Below, piece by piece: positions 44,318-57,975 of a stretch of 64,000 bases of DNA; positions within the stretch are counted from its first letter, which is position 1, and each line of letters begins with the position of its first letter. Source of the stretch: Neoechinorhynchus agilis (Eukaryota > Animalia > Acanthocephala); the NCBI GenBank assembly GCA_051530055.1, contig CM121342.1, forward strand, positions 282,797 to 346,796, in the 5' to 3' direction. The notes below the pieces were generated by a model. That model was given only the letters and a program-made list of their open reading frames with translations, did no database searches and had not been told where the DNA came from. Both the position numbers and the translations under genes were made by a program.

Positions 44318-47296
44318 TGTTGTGGTAGCTGGCATCAGTAGATCCAAAAATCTACTGTCGCCGCACAAAAATGGTTTTTTCAACATAACACGGAAAACGT
44401 TAAAGGAATACCGAAACGGGCTATCCATTGGCTGATAAGTGCTCTTGCACACATGACGGCGTCGGTATTATTTAAAGGAATCGCCTCGGGCCATCGAGTA
44501 TATCGGTCTATCACGGTTAATAAATGAGTGAAACCTTGTGATGCCGGTAGCGGACCTACTAAATCTATATGGATGTGATCAAATCGACGTTGCGGAGGTT
44601 CGAAAGTAGAAAGCGGTGCTCGTATGCGTCTTTGAACCTTAGCCTTTTGACATCCGATGCATGACTGAACCCAGGCACCAACATCCTTTGATAAACCAGG
44701 CCAAACGTATCTTGTTTTAACCAATTTACGGGTTGCTTTGATTCCAGGGTGAGGCAGCTGGTGTACAGCCTCGAAAACTCGTTTCGTCCAAGATATTGGT
44801 ACCAACGGTCTATAACGGCCAGTCGAAATGTCACACAAAATAGTTTGTCCTGTGCCGTTGAAAGGAATTTCTTTCAACTGTAGCGAGGTATTCGCTGAAC
44901 GATATGCCTGGATGTGTTGATCAGACTTTTGATCTTCTGCCATCGCTTCAAACGATATTCCTTCGGAAATACTGGCTAAATAATCAATGCGGAACAATGC
45001 ATCGGCAACTTGGTTGTTTTGTCCACTAATGTGTTCGATATTGGTCGTGAACTCAGATATGTAATTCAAGTGTCGTTGTTGACGGGCTGACCAAGGATCC
45101 GAAACTTTTGACATCGCATAAACTAAAGGTCGATGATCAGTGTTAATCGTAAACGATCGGCTCGACGTAATATCGAAAATGTCGGACAGCGAGATACATG
45201 GCCAGAAGCTCGCGATCGAAGGTGCTGTATCGTTGTTCAGGTTTACGCAGTTGTTTGCTGAAGAATGCCAGCAACTGCCATGAATCGGACACTTTCTGCT
45301 GTAGAACAGCGCTAATAGTGAACTCGGATGCATCTGTACTGATAGAGATTGGTGCGTCGGTCACTGAATGTGAAAGCATCGTTGCGTTTGCTAGAGCGGC
45401 TTCAGTTTTTTCGAATGCTGAAGCCATTTCAACTGTCCAAGAAAAACTTCGTAGATTTGTTTTACCTGAAAGCGCTTGGTAGAGCGCACGCATCAGACGG
45501 GCTGCCGAAGGGATGAAATGATGATAATAATTTACCATACCAACAAATCCTTGCAAAGCTTTGGTGGATGTTGGATGAGGGAAATTGCGAATCGCACCTA
45601 CTTTATCTGGCAATGGTACTGTACCCCGTCCACTTACACGGTGTCCTAGGAAATCGAACTGTTCTACCCCGAACTCACACTTATCTGGGTTCAGAATGAG
45701 GCCGTACTCTGAGAGTCGATCGAACAATGTTCGTAGGTGTTTCCTGTGCTCGGATCGATTTGAACTCGCGATCAGTATATCATGGAAGTAGACGGAACAA
45801 ACCGTATCCATTAACCACTAGAATGTTTGTGCAGCATTTTTCAACCCGAAAGGCATACGAAGAAATTCAAAAGGCCAAAAGGCGTAATAATCGCAGTTTT
45901 TGATGTCTTGTTCCGCCACCCGAATTTGATGATACCCTCGGACGAGGTCTAAATTCGAGAAAATCGTTTTTCCAGCGAGTTTAGCTGAAAAATCTTGCAT
46001 TCGAGGAATCGGATATCTGTCGGGCGTTGGGATATCTTTAGCCTGCGATAATCGCCACAAGGACGCCATCAACCGCCTGATTTGAGTACGAGATGCAACG
46101 GAGACGACCACTGCCTATTTGGGCGTCTAATGATTCCAAGATCCTCCATATTTTTGAATTCGGATTTAGTAATAGCGAGTTTATCGGGCGGGAGAGGTAG
46201 CCGTCTAGCATGGAGTGGTTGTCCTTGTGTCTCAATAATTTGCTCCACTGCATGTTTGGTCGAAACGTTCGAAAAGGTAGGTCTCGTTATATCGGGGAAA
46301 TCTGCGAGAATTTTACTAAATTCGTTGTTCTTAGATCCGAGGAAATCGACGCTGAGGGCTTCGATCGACACAGGAACGGAGACGAATGGTGTCATTGCGA
46401 AAGTTTCTGCACTAACCAGCTACTTATTGCTTACATCGACGAGTAAACCTGAGTGTCGAAGGAAATCAGCGCCTAGGATAGGGTGTTTAACCGCGGCAAG
46501 AGTTAACATCCATTCCGTCTGAGTTGTACAGAAATTCATCTGCAGTAGCGTGTTGCCGAATGTTGGAATTGTTGAACCGTTTGCAGCTGTAAGTGCTCTG
46601 CCAGAGTGTTTGGTCTGCTTATCGAGTGTTGTGGCTGGAAGGACGCTGACTTCGGCACCAGTATTGACTATGAACCGTCGTCCAGTTTGGCGTTCGTTTA
46701 GGAGAAAGATGCTATTGACAGAGGGACCGATCATCATTGCCTCTACTAATGATCGGTCAATTCGTTTTTTGGGTTGGCTTTCAATTTGAAATCCGGCGAT
46801 CGCTTACAAGGTGATCTTCATTTCCTTGAAATCCGATACTGTTACTAGGATTTGCCTGGTCGCAATCTTTTTCTTGATTGAGGACGCTAAAGGCTGCCTT
46901 GATTGCCAAATGTTGTCGGCAGCGCGTGCAAGCTCACGAGGTTCGGTTATTTTTTAATGAACTAGAATAGATCGGATCTCCTCAGGCATGCGTTCAAGAA
47001 ATATTTCGCGGAATAAGAAACATAGTGGGTTGCTTTCGAGGTACGCTAGCATCTCATCCATTAACGCCGTAGGCTTTTCGTCTCCAAGCTCGCTTATGTG
47101 AAGGATTCGATTTGCCCTCTCACCTGGGGGAGCTTCAGAGAAACGGTATTCAAGTTGCTATTCGCTTCTACTGTCGAACCACGGTCGACAGCGTCGGGGT
47201 CACCAATTGTTGTGGTAGCTGGCATCAGTAGAGCGAAAAATCTACTGTCGCCGCACAAAAATGGTTTTTTGCAACATAGCACGGAAAACGTTAACA
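44318..47296 (-). mobile_element. Ty3/gypsy element with about 89-bp LTRs and a tRNA-Trp-type PBS; integrase truncated
   Basis: LTRs at 47208-47296 and 44318-44403. PBS TGGTGACCCCGACG at 47205-47192. VNTGAEVS protease, [52 protein letters not shown]. Ends at ARFGIP. Confidence 0.93.
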
Positions 47297-48109
47297 TGAA
47301 CCTTATGACGTCGTTAATGGTCACTACAAAACTATGTTTTATTTTAAATCTACTTCACTGCTCATTCTATACCTTTATAATATAAATTTTATTCCTCATG
47401 CTAAATGCTGAATAAAATCTTCTTGTTGTTGATATAAAATTTCTTTTTAATCAAATGTTTTCACAACCACATAGCGTTGCAGTGGAGGCCTGCATACGGC
47501 CACTCATAAAGCTACAAATTCCTTCCTCCAAGGAAGCAATCCAACGATTACTTTATCCAGACGGCTCAAGCAGTCGAATCAGCTGATATATTAATCGACC
47601 AATTAAAAAGGAGAACTATGCTTCCAAGATTTCGGCAATATTGCTAGGTGAATTTTATCAAACCATGGCTAAACACAAAGAAAGATTTCAACATAGTAAG
47701 GAGTAAAGCTACTTCATTCTAGAACGGTACATTGAAGACTGTTTTCACAAGCACAAATGAAATGTTGTTATTTGGGTCGCTTGTCGACACCCGAGAGCGA
47801 TAATTAAGAAGAATATATTTCGAATGTTTTTATCAGTCATTGTCAATTCAAATTGTTTGTAAATTTACAACGTAACTTACTTAACAAGCGACTTAAATAA
47901 CAATATATCTATCCACCTGAGTGCAATCTTCAACAAAAATGAAATGAATGGTTTTTAATACTTTGTGAAAAACGATTTGGTACAAACCAGTAACTTTACA
48001 ATCTTTCATAAAAAAGACTACATTTATTGCACATAACATAGGGAGTTCGCACTATCGTCGATTTATCTGTTAATCAAGCTGGATTTGTCAAACAATGTGG
48101 CACCACGGA

Positions 48110-49550
48110 TGGGATTCATGTAGCACGGCTCTCGGAAACAAGACGCGAAGACCTCGGCCAAAGCAAGCTCATGTCCTTCGATTTCAAAAGTTTGTATACG
48201 AACGTTGATAATGAAGCCGTGATCATTACACTAGAAAAAAGGTTGCTCGAAGAAGAAACTCAAATCAATTTATTTGGTATGAAACCGGACGATATTGTTA
48301 TGCTGACGAGACAAGTGCTAACGTGCAACCTTTTTCAATACAATAACCAGTTATATAGGAAAGTCCGTGGCCTCGCAATGGGTAACAGCCTTGCTCCAGT
48401 GTTAGCCTGTTTATATCTAGATGGTCTGGAACGGCAGCGCATCTTTCCACAGTTATCGTCGAGTCAAATTTACCTCCGATACGTGGATGATGTGTTGTTT
48501 TCTTACCGGAAGGATAGTGAGGTTGACACTGTTGAGCGGAATCTGAACTCAATGGATCCTGAGGGAAACATTGAGGTTACTAGAGAACAACCACATGACT
48601 ACCTACCGTTCCTCAACATGATCTTCAGAGTAGACGAACCATCTCAAAGAGCTTGGTATAGGAAGTTATGTAAAAAGGACATTGTCCTACATCGGGTCTC
48701 ACATCACCCATGGGCGATTAAGCAGGCGATTAAGCAGGCGATTCTAGGAGGCATGTTGAGAAATGCTAGATTATGCTCGACAACTAGACAGAGCAGATTA
48801 GATGCAGAGGAACGGATCCGAGGTATTTTCGCAAGCAACGGATATTATACACAAGAAATAGACCGGATGATTGACAGGGTAAACAACCGACGAAATCGAA
48901 ACGATCGTTTTATCGATTTACCACCGTTGAGAATCCCGTATATATCCGAAGATTTCACATGGAACGTGAAGCGAATACTTTTGGAATGCCACGTCAGAGC
49001 TCGGGTTGTGTATATAACCGGTCCTTCCTTAAGAAAACTTCTGATGAGGACTAATCACCACGAGGATCAGGAGAATTGTCCAAAAAAGTGCATTATGTGC
49101 ACTCAATGTCAATTAGACAATGAAGATGGAAGACGAAGACCGAAGGCAGCTTGTATGATGAGCAACGTACTATACCGGATCACATGCGGCAATTGCAAGG
49201 ACCAGAGGAAATCCTGCAGCTACATTGGAAAGACGGAGCGGAGGCTACACCAGCGGGTAACTGAGCATTTTGGTAATGCATGTAACCCGCACGCACCGTC
49301 GTACGCGTCAGCACTGTTGGCCACCCATTTTGCTAACCACCACAATAATGTTAGCCCAGCCTTGGGGGGTGGGGGTTCTCTACAGGGCATCTGATACTGT
49401 AGACCTTTCCATGGTTCGGGGGCACCAACTGATGGGTCACTCAATCTTAAGGATGAATTGTCAGACGGTTTATCTCTTTTCTGACCTTTCAGAGTGATGG
49501 ATAATCCCCGAAGAAGCCGTGAAGCGGCGAAAATTCGGACAAAATAAAAC
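48110..49550 (+). mobile_element. Penelope-like element, 5'-truncated RT + GIY-YIG
   Basis: ORF 48171-49394: MSFDFKSLYTNV, GLAMGNSLAP, RYVDD, LPFLNM, LRIPYI, YRITCGNC, YIGKTERRLHQRVTEH. Confidence 0.95.
49505..49548 (+). ncRNA. Minimal hammerhead-like motif (U4 to C variant) plus AATAAA
   Basis: TCC CCGAAGA A GCCG tgaag CGGC GAAA AT TC GGA, then AATAAA at 49543-49548. Confidence 0.75.
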
Positions 49551-49699
49551 ATCGTACTCGGGAACGTTTTGGAAAAATCTATCTATTTTGATTTATGTAT
49601 AATGAGTGAGAATCTTGCCGTCAAACGCCACTGTGTCTCATAGCTCGCCATTTACGCGACCGCCGGGCATGATATTCTCATTTGGGAACTCAAAAGAAA

Positions 49700-51300
49700 C
49701 ATCCATTTGGCAAGATGATTTAAAATGAGTTCAATGAATGTACGACTGTTCAATTCAGCTACTTTTTTTATTTCACATTTGCAACCCTGGAGCATACATC
49801 AACTTATTGAACGATTTTCTCGCTTCTACTAGTGATGCAATCTTAACTTCTACCTCAATGGTGATAGTTTCCCTAATTAAACCAAGATTACTGTCTCTGT
49901 ACGGAAGAGAACTCTTTAAAGCCAATGTTGTAGGGGATATTTTATCATCGAAATTTTGGTCATCTCTTTACTGGCCATCTAGGGCCCGTTTTCAATTGGA
50001 TCAAAAGAGAAGGAAAGTTCGGTCCATGTCGCTATACTGTTCTGCCTGATGGAAGCAAACTGCCCGTAAAACATTTGTCCCCGTGGATGAAATCTGCAAC
50101 AACATGGATCAAAAGCGCAAGATTCGACGTCGGCTCGCACTATGCAGAACACACGCCAACGATGCGGTCACCACTCGCTCCAACGTTACTTTCATGAGTC
50201 TGAAGGCTCGGAGAGTGGACTTGAGATGGGAAGATTTCATCAAGTGGTTTGCAAAAATTTAGCCTTAAATAACGATTTTTCACCTTGTTTTAAGATGCCC
50301 CGTATATGTGACCATTATCCCACAATGGATGCTGTTAACTTCAACTGAAGAGCAGCAGGCGATGTGCGTCCAATTTGAGTTTAAAACTTTCTCGTTTCGA
50401 TCTATGAGACAGTTTTGGCGAAAAGGATTCTGGCCTTCTGCTGTGAACACCGCATAATCGATGAACGCTGCCACGGCTTCATGCCACACAAATCCGTTCA
50501 CTCACTCATGGCTGAAATCATCGACAATTTTGGCACGAAGAAGACATCAATGAATATCCTGGTGTCCTTTAACATCTCGAAAGCATTTGATAGGATAAGC
50601 ATCGACTTCATTGTCGACATCCTAAAATGCTTCAATCTCCCCTATAATTTTATCGCCCGTGTGAACAATGCACTAAAATCCAAATTTTTCTATTTTCAAG
50701 ATGATCCGTTGCAAAAATATTACTTTCAGGTGAAAGGTGTATTTCAAGGATCTCTTTTATCCCCGATCCCCTTTTGTATCGCCAATCAATATCTAATTCG
50801 TAACTAAAAGCGGTGCTGAATTTTCTTCATTCGCACCTTTTCCAATGGGTTTGTGCTTGAATCATAAAAAAACCAAATTTCTAATGAAATGTACCTCAAC
50901 GCTGGTTAGAGGAGAATCATCGAGTTTGTCTAGGATTTTTTTCGCATGGACGTCTCACCATTTTACACGAATATTGTAGTTCTCGGACATACGCTGACCA
51001 CTAATCTGCTGATCACAGCACATCTGGCTAAATTGAAAAGACTTAAGAATTGCCAAAGTGAAAGCGTTGAGAGCTGACCTTCTTGGGGTTGGCGTGAAAA
51101 CAACCAGAACTATATGGAACACCTGGGCAATATTTAGCATAGCCTTTTACTCAAGAGGACGGCCGCCTGAACTCCGCCACAAATTCTGTTGCACGTTTTT
51201 AAGCTTCCTGGCGAAATTTCCCTTTTTTGGAAAAACTCCTTCGATTGGGCTACCAAATCAAGCAAATAGATAGTACAATATAATACGTAATCCGACTCAC
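49700..51300 (+). mobile_element. LINE copy: linker, RT with YADD region deleted, C-terminus; degenerate
   Basis: LLSLYGREL, KFWSSLYWPSRARFQ, IIDERCHGF, SFNISKAFD, GVFQGSLLSP, FYSRGRPPE. Confidence 0.85.
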
Positions 51301-52199
51301 CTCAATTCTCACCTTTTTCGAATAAATTTCATATGCTCTATCATGCAACCAACTTGTGATATGTATAATTCTGTGATGTTTTCGTAGCCATAAGTTAATC
51401 AGCTGTAGAGGGGTTGCGAAATGCATCACAAAAATTATGAGGGATGCAAATTTCCCCTCTTCTGGCACTCACAGGGTACTAATTGTCACTGTTCATCGAC
51501 ATTCAGTGCATTTCTCCGATAAGCTCACCTTTGAAAGCGTGATAATCATGTAGTTGTACGGATTAAACACCAAATTGTGACAGAACTTTGTTATTGATGG
51601 CTTATATCTTCTAATAATATGAGGGTATCGTTGTAAGTATGGAGATAAACCGTGATATCAATACCTGGGTTGACTTGGCGGGATTTCGCGAGCTTTAACT
51701 CATGCTTCCGCAATATTTGTCTCAAAATGTTTAAGGCTTCGAAGCATTTCAATTTATCTCTTCTTCTTGCGCATACACCATTTATGCTTTATATATTAGA
51801 AGACTACGCACCGACTGCCGATATACTAACTCAAACTTGTGGATTTGGCATTGATTCTAAAAGATATAAATCGAAATATCACTATTATCACTCGAGCTAC
51901 GATGTTCAAATATTTAGGTTCAATAACCAAATGCAATATAGTGGACAAGGAGTCCAGTAGGATGCTTATTAATTTGGCAACAATTTGACAGGTGAAATTA
52001 AACAGCAGCTCGTACTTATTTTTTAAGGATTTACTAACATACGAAACAATTATTCGTAAAGACTTCAATACTAAATTAATCGCCGTTTTAAATTCTATAA
52101 TATATAGAACGTCGTAGTAATCTGAGCAAACTTTTTTGTATATTTAAGTTACGCAAGTAAAAGGACCGCTAAAAGTTTTTCTTTGAACAGCAATTCTCG

Positions 52200-52610
52200 A
52201 ATTGCCGTCTTTGCAAATCTTTTGTAAAATCAGTGAAAATTATTGTACCCTAAAACGACTTTACGCCTGTAAAGCGACACTTATTGATTTTCAATGCTTT
52301 CTCTACAGTTCTCTGAACACTTTCGACGATGTAAGTAAAAATAGACGCAAGATAGCAAATAATAGAAACCTTTGCAATCTGCAACGTGTTCTGCGCTTTT
52401 AAAGGGCTTAAATTTATTATTTAAAAATTGATTTAAGATGCCACTTGACTTAATATGCCCGTCGTCTTTTGTTCTTGCGAAAAACAATGAGATTTATTTT
52501 GAATGATTACATCTGAGAATGCGAGAAAAGCTGTACATTAATTTCAGCCGTTTAAAGCCCCATGTAGACCGAAATCTAAATATATTTTCTAGAATGTCGG
52601 TGAGACCATT
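52200..52610 (+). repeat. Deleted copy of the 32276-34080 segment
   Basis: Near-identical to 32276-32520, then continues with short blocks matching 32595-32630 and 33950-34080. Confidence 0.85.
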
Positions 52611-52689
52611 TTAATGAATGCAAAAATTTGTCGTATTGATAATGTTGTGTTATTCGCTTGGTAATCAATGATGTTAAAAAAGATTTATT

Positions 52690-55370
52690 CGAAATGGGAA
52701 CATCTTGTATAGTCTTGGAGCTGGACCGAGTTATATGATCAGCACAGTCTTCAGAATAGGCTCTATCGAGTTAGTGCAGTCCATTTCAAGCTTTTAGTGG
52801 CCCAGTCAGCAGAATATGCCCAATCAAAGGGCTTAATAAACTCCCGTATGCGCCTTTTTCCAGTCGATGATTTTGATTTAATGAAAAATTTCGTTTTCTA
52901 TTGGTTCAACGCTAGACCCATGTGAGGTAGATATTTCTTTAAAAATTTCAGCACGACAGCAAGTTTTTCTCGTGCTCGTATATAATTTGCCTCCTTAATT
53001 ACAACCGAAAGATCATCGGCATACATAGTATTTGATTTGCAAACATTGGAGTTTTTAACAATATATTGAGTGGCTATGCAAAACAAAATGGGCGATAGAG
53101 GGGATCCTTGTGGTAGCCCTTTCTGCTGATAGAATATGGTTATACAAGGATCATCCGAAAAGTAGAAACTATTAGATTTTAATGTATTATTTACTCTAGC
53201 TATCAGATTAACAGGAAAAAATCTTAAAATATTCATAACAAAATCAATATCAATGTTATCGAATGCTTTGCTTATATAAAAATATATCAAAATGTTCATT
53301 GACCTTTGAAAACTGGTGAAGTTTTCAATTATTTGGGTCATTGCCGTATGTATAGATTTCCCTGGAACAACCCCTTGGCAACGCTCGTCAATTATCTGGT
53401 TTTGTACAGCGAAGTGTAATATTCTCTTGGCCAAAACTCCTTCATATATAGAAACCAATGCATTTTGTATTAAAATTGGTCTGACATCGGTAGCGGACTT
53501 GATGGCACTGTCTTTCTTACATAAAAAAAGTCCGTTTAGCTATGTTAATCTTAGCCCACTCATCGGGGGGAGCTAGTAGCAAATGACATGCCAAAGAATT
53601 AACATTTTTGTCGTTGATTACATTAGTAGCATTGAAACAGGGCGAATGGCCATTATGTGAGTTAAAGTTTCTTGATCCCCACCATATCGAAAAGTCGTCC
53701 AAGGAAATATCTGATCTTCGAGGCTTGATTCTGATGAAAATGGAAGCTTGGGGTATTACACTGGCTCGTTCGCGTGTTCGGCGATGAGCGCATTTACAAC
53801 ATTGTTGCCGCAGCCTTTTTCCATGGATGAAACTTTTTCTTCGAGATTATTTGCCACCAAGGAGAGGAATAATACAATAATGGTCCCATTCTCCTTTTAT
53901 CCTGGGAAATTTGAAAGCGAGCCCGGCAAGGCCAATACAATGAGGCCCAGAATTTTATAGAATCATGATCGCCCCTGGCTTTGGCTTTAGAGTTCCCGCC
54001 CATATAGAGATAAAAGTTTAGGTGTATGCTGTCGATGAGATGGAGTTCTAGCTACCGAGGTCAGTATATTGTCACTGGTCCTCACCAGGAAATAATTTAT
54101 TCCTTCCAAATCCTTGAACGCGATAGTAACGCACATAAAATCGATGAGAGAATTAAAAATTGAAATATTGAGAGCACTTAACTTGAAAATACGCGATAAT
54201 AAATTATTTATACCAAACGCCCAACCCAGAACATCATGACCAGCAATCCTGAAAGGCGCAGACTGGGAGACAAGCCTAGGCTTGAATTGTGAGTTATTTT
54301 TTGCAATGCACAGGTCGATAACCGAGTGTGTCCGTCCATCAGTAAAAGTTGGGTAATCCGGAATAACGAGATTATGTGAGTCTCCCAGATGAAAAATAGC
54401 ATCGATCCATTTATGCGACGGATCGTTAAAATCTCTGAACAAAAAATCAATCCCAGAAGCTAGTAAATTCTTTAAAATAGCTTTGTTGTGTGTCCTATGG
54501 ATTGTTTTGGGGCGTATATAAATATTCCCGAAAATGTGTTTCCTCCCGTTCCACCACAATGAAAATATAGCGTATGATAAGTCCGGAGATGTGTATTCGC
54601 ATAGAAGTAGCGGGTAGAGTCGAGCGTAATTTGGAATTTCGCCAAAACCTATCCGGAAGCCCTTGAGAATTTAGCGAGTGGGGTGGCGTGCAAAAAACGT
54701 GTATTCTCCTCTCCTGGATGAAAATCACGTCATCTCTCCTCACTTCGGATAACAAGCTGAGAACTCCCGAAAGGCCACCAGAATTCCACTGCGCTATTTT
54801 CAGTTCCATTCAGAACTACTCTTAATTAAATTTTGGGTACCTGCCGCACAAACCTGAGTTTGTTCCTCAAGGATTGTTTGTACGAATTCCTCTTCTTCTG
54901 TCCTGTTTATGTCATCCTTATGCTCATCATGATCGAGTCCGTTTGCATGGGGTATGATGTGCTTCTAAGGACACCGGAAGCGCGCTCAATCTCGTCAGTA
55001 GGACATTGAGATGAGCCCTCATTTTTCTTTCCAGTCCCTGGATTGCTGAAGCTATTCGCATATCTACCACCTGCATGACTTTGTCAGAAACCTCTTTGAG
55101 CTTCACTTCCAGTGAGTCTCCTTGACATGGTCCCCATGTCCATTGTTACTCAATATTGTGGCTCATTGGTTGACCATGTGTCGGATGGCTGACATGTTGT
55201 TTCGCAGGATCAGGGTTCTGTGCCCAAAACACGTATCTCTTGAACTTCTCGCAGGATTTAGAGAAAGCACAGACCTTCTTGAAGGCAATTTATACAACGC
55301 TTTGGGCAGTTCGAGGAGCTATGCTCATCCGCGCAGTAGGCACCATTAATCTTTTTCGATGGACATTTCT
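52690..55370 (-). mobile_element. LINE copy: ORF1 end, APE and RT, frameshifted
   Basis: MELKIAQWNSGGL...VIFIQE, GNIYIRP, SVIDLCI, AGHDVL, IIDERCQG, ISKAFD, GLPQGSPLSPILF, YADD. Confidence 0.9.
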
Positions 55371-55793
55371 AAACAATACCGGCTTGCCAGTAAAAACTTA
55401 AAATAGAACACAGCGCTCACCCTGAGTCGAAAAAGTGGTTGAGTTTGACATTTCGTAGTTGTGTCGAGGTGGTCAAGTGGACTAATGCCCGTGATCCCGA
55501 TTAGGGGTCAAGTGGTTCGAATCCGTTACTACCAATGACGCACAACCAAAGTGGATGAAATACCGCTGAAAGGAGGAAACTCACTGATGAGCCCCGCCTC
55601 CTGGAGGTACCTGAGGATCCGGAGGAATGTACAAACTCTTAACCGTGCATTAGAGACTAGGTTGTTATATCACTTCTCTGATGTAATTGGTTTGGCTTTA
55701 TGCCTAAAAATAAGCCAGGCAAGAAGGGATAAACTAAAAATTTAATGATGATAAAAACAATACCGGCTTGCCAGTAAAAACTTAAAATAGAAC
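55371..55793 (+). mobile_element. Short tRNA-promoter element, copy C: one 384-bp unit plus 39-bp terminal redundancy
   Basis: aaacaataccggcttgccagtaaaaacttaaaatagaac at 55371-55409 and 55755-55793. A box TGGTCAAGTGG at 55470-55480, B box GGTTCGAATCC at 55514-55524. Confidence 0.9.
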
Positions 55794-55911
55794 CTTTCCT
55801 ACCAGCATAGTTGGAACTCAATGCATCATTACGACTACATCAACTGCGCATACATTTAATGAGTTCAACTACATTATAGTTAAGCCTTTTAAAAAAGAAC
55901 TGCTTTCTACT
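55794..55911 (+). repeat. About 120-bp dispersed repeat shared with 23329-23447
   Basis: cctttcctaccagcata..tggaactcaa...aagccttttaaaa.agaactgctttctacta is present at both sites. Confidence 0.8.
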
Positions 55912-56862
55912 AAACCGTTAATATCAAATTATTTCTATTGATGGACTGGTATGGTATTTTCGAATTGGTTTACGCCCGCTCCCCGCTGTCATACTCACGC
56001 ACATTTGTCACAATTGCAATGAACATTCACGGCACTTGTCGATGAATCATCTCGTCGTCCGTATATTTTTTACGAGTACACCTTTTAAAGGAAGCGCTCA
56101 AATAATCATGCGTTCCTCGAAGGTCACGATGACAATATTATTGATAAGTGTAACTGTAGCTGTTGAGAACTATACTGAACCAATATAGCACTTGTTCCCG
56201 TGGCTGACGTGCGGCAGATCGAGCTGTGCATCAGGTGGCCTAGTTTAAGATGAAATATATAATAAGATTGTAAAATGCATGGACAAACGACTACTTTAGT
56301 CGGTTAGATTAATTTACAACCTTGATAAATGCACAATATTGTGCCGAAATATAGGATTTTAAAATAAAGTCATTTTAATTTCTTCGCCAGAAAACAATCA
56401 CTATTTAAATACCAGTGCTGTGGATTCTGGTGTAGAATGGTGAAATATCAGACAGGCTAAAATGATATTTTGATTGCTTTGCACATAAAGTAGAATTCTA
56501 TAGAAAGATATGAGTAGATCTTTGAAGAAGACAACCACAAATTTTAATTTTATAGGTTATTTATAAGAATGTTGGCGATAGTCAGAAATGATTAAACTTA
56601 AAGTTTTTGCAAACTTCATATGTTACTTATACGAAATACATATTTAAACTTTTGGTGAACATACACCCGGCCACAACCTATTTGATTTTGATTTATTTGA
56701 CATATTTCGCAAGGTAACCTCGCCTCATCAATCATTGCTTGTAAGCTTTTAAATACTCGTAGTTCAATGAGTCAATATAACCTTTATGTAAGACACCGAA
56801 GTCCGAGCACTGTTAAGAGCTGCTAATCTAGTACGTGAAGAAGTGAGCTAACTACAGAGCAC

Positions 56863-57624
56863 GTGGAGTTCGAACCACTAACTAATGCAACCTCCGAGCT
56901 AAAATGCAGATTCTTCGACTCGTTTCAAAATATTCAGTGCGAAATCTTAATACCTGTTACAATGAAACCGGACAGTATGATAGTCCATGCCCGAAATATG
57001 TTGACTCAAGATTCTATGAGCCATCTCTATAACAACTTCTCTCCAACCTTCGATTTAAACCCTTTCTTTGGGCATGAGGACAATCCTTCGTTGGACGAGG
57101 TTCAAGACTACTCGATATGCGCACTTCTATTGTCGGAATATGCGGATTACTGCAACTCTACCGATTCAATTTTGATTATGCTATGCACCGAATTGAGCAT
57201 TGAGGACAAATTAGAAGTGCAGATTGAGCTAAAGCCTCAGTTCCTTTTTTTTATATATGGCCTCTGTATCTTATTGATTATTCCATTAATACTTCATCAG
57301 CATTACAAGCAAAGGGCAGTAAGAAGACTAAGGTTAGCGATGAGTAAAACTTTTAAGAAGGTCAAAGAGCAAGAAGCCCAATCAAATCTTTCACCAACCG
57401 AACTTTCGGTCGATAGAATATTATCGCGACGTTTCAGATGTGTGAATTGCAATAGTCGAAAGGTAAGATTCAGAAGTATTTCAAGTAGCGGAAGTAGTCA
57501 ATCAGAGGAAGAGGTAAAGCTTATAGATGAAAATAAAGCCATAGAAGATGACGGGGATGTGGATCCGGTCGTTGCGAAGATCTTAGACAAAAATCCGTGG
57601 CCGGAAACCTATGACCGCGAATAA
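56863..57624 (+). CDS. Single-pass membrane protein, long 3' exon (5' exons unresolved)
   Basis: 253-codon stop-free frame. Cys-containing ectodomain, TM FLFFIYGLCILLIIPLILH, basic juxtamembrane segment, C-terminal ILDKNPW. Confidence 0.65.
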   Translation: MEFEPLTNATSELKCRFFDSFQNIQCEILIPVTMKPDSMIVHARNMLTQDSMSHLYNNFSPTFDLNPFFGHEDNPSLDEVQDYSICALLLSEYADYCNSTDSILIMLCTELSIEDKLEVQIELKPQFLFFIYGLCILLIIPLILHQHYKQRAVRRLRLAMSKTFKKVKEQEAQSNLSPTELSVDRILSRRFRCVNCNSRKVRFRSISSSGSSQSEEEVKLIDENKAIEDDGDVDPVVAKILDKNPWPETYDRE

Positions 57625-57922
57625 ATTTGATATTTTTTTGCACGCAGAGGTTTTCACATTGAAAACTAAAACGTTCTATCAAAACTCGTGAATAAATCAA
57701 CTAAGTGAATTAAACGCAATCTTTAAACGAACGTCCAAAATGTGGACTAAACTATTTACTGTAAAAACAATTTATTCTTAATGTTTTTATTTTGACGTAA
57801 CCAAGAGTTTAAATGGTACTTGGATATAAATCGCGAGAGAGTTCAGGCACTTTGAATTCGTGAGCAAATATCTATTTTTGCACACTAATTCGACTCTATC
57901 ACAATGCGGGGTGACTACAATT

Positions 57923-57975
57923 CGTTCATTATCCCAATTCCTTCATTATCCCAATTCGTTCATTATCCCAATTCG
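57923..57975. repeat. 17-bp tandem repeat, three copies (ttcattatcccaattcg)
   Basis: Direct inspection. Confidence 0.85.

Noticed and set aside
55460-55535. Possible tRNA gene
   Set aside because: A and B boxes are present but acceptor and anticodon stems do not pair, and the segment is embedded in a multi-copy repeat. Treated as a SINE-like head.
55560-55640. GAAAC...CTGATGAG in the short element as a hammerhead
   Set aside because: No GAAA follows a stem II downstream. In the permuted reading there is no NUH triplet before stem I, and CTCA-CTGA-TGAG forms a simple hairpin.
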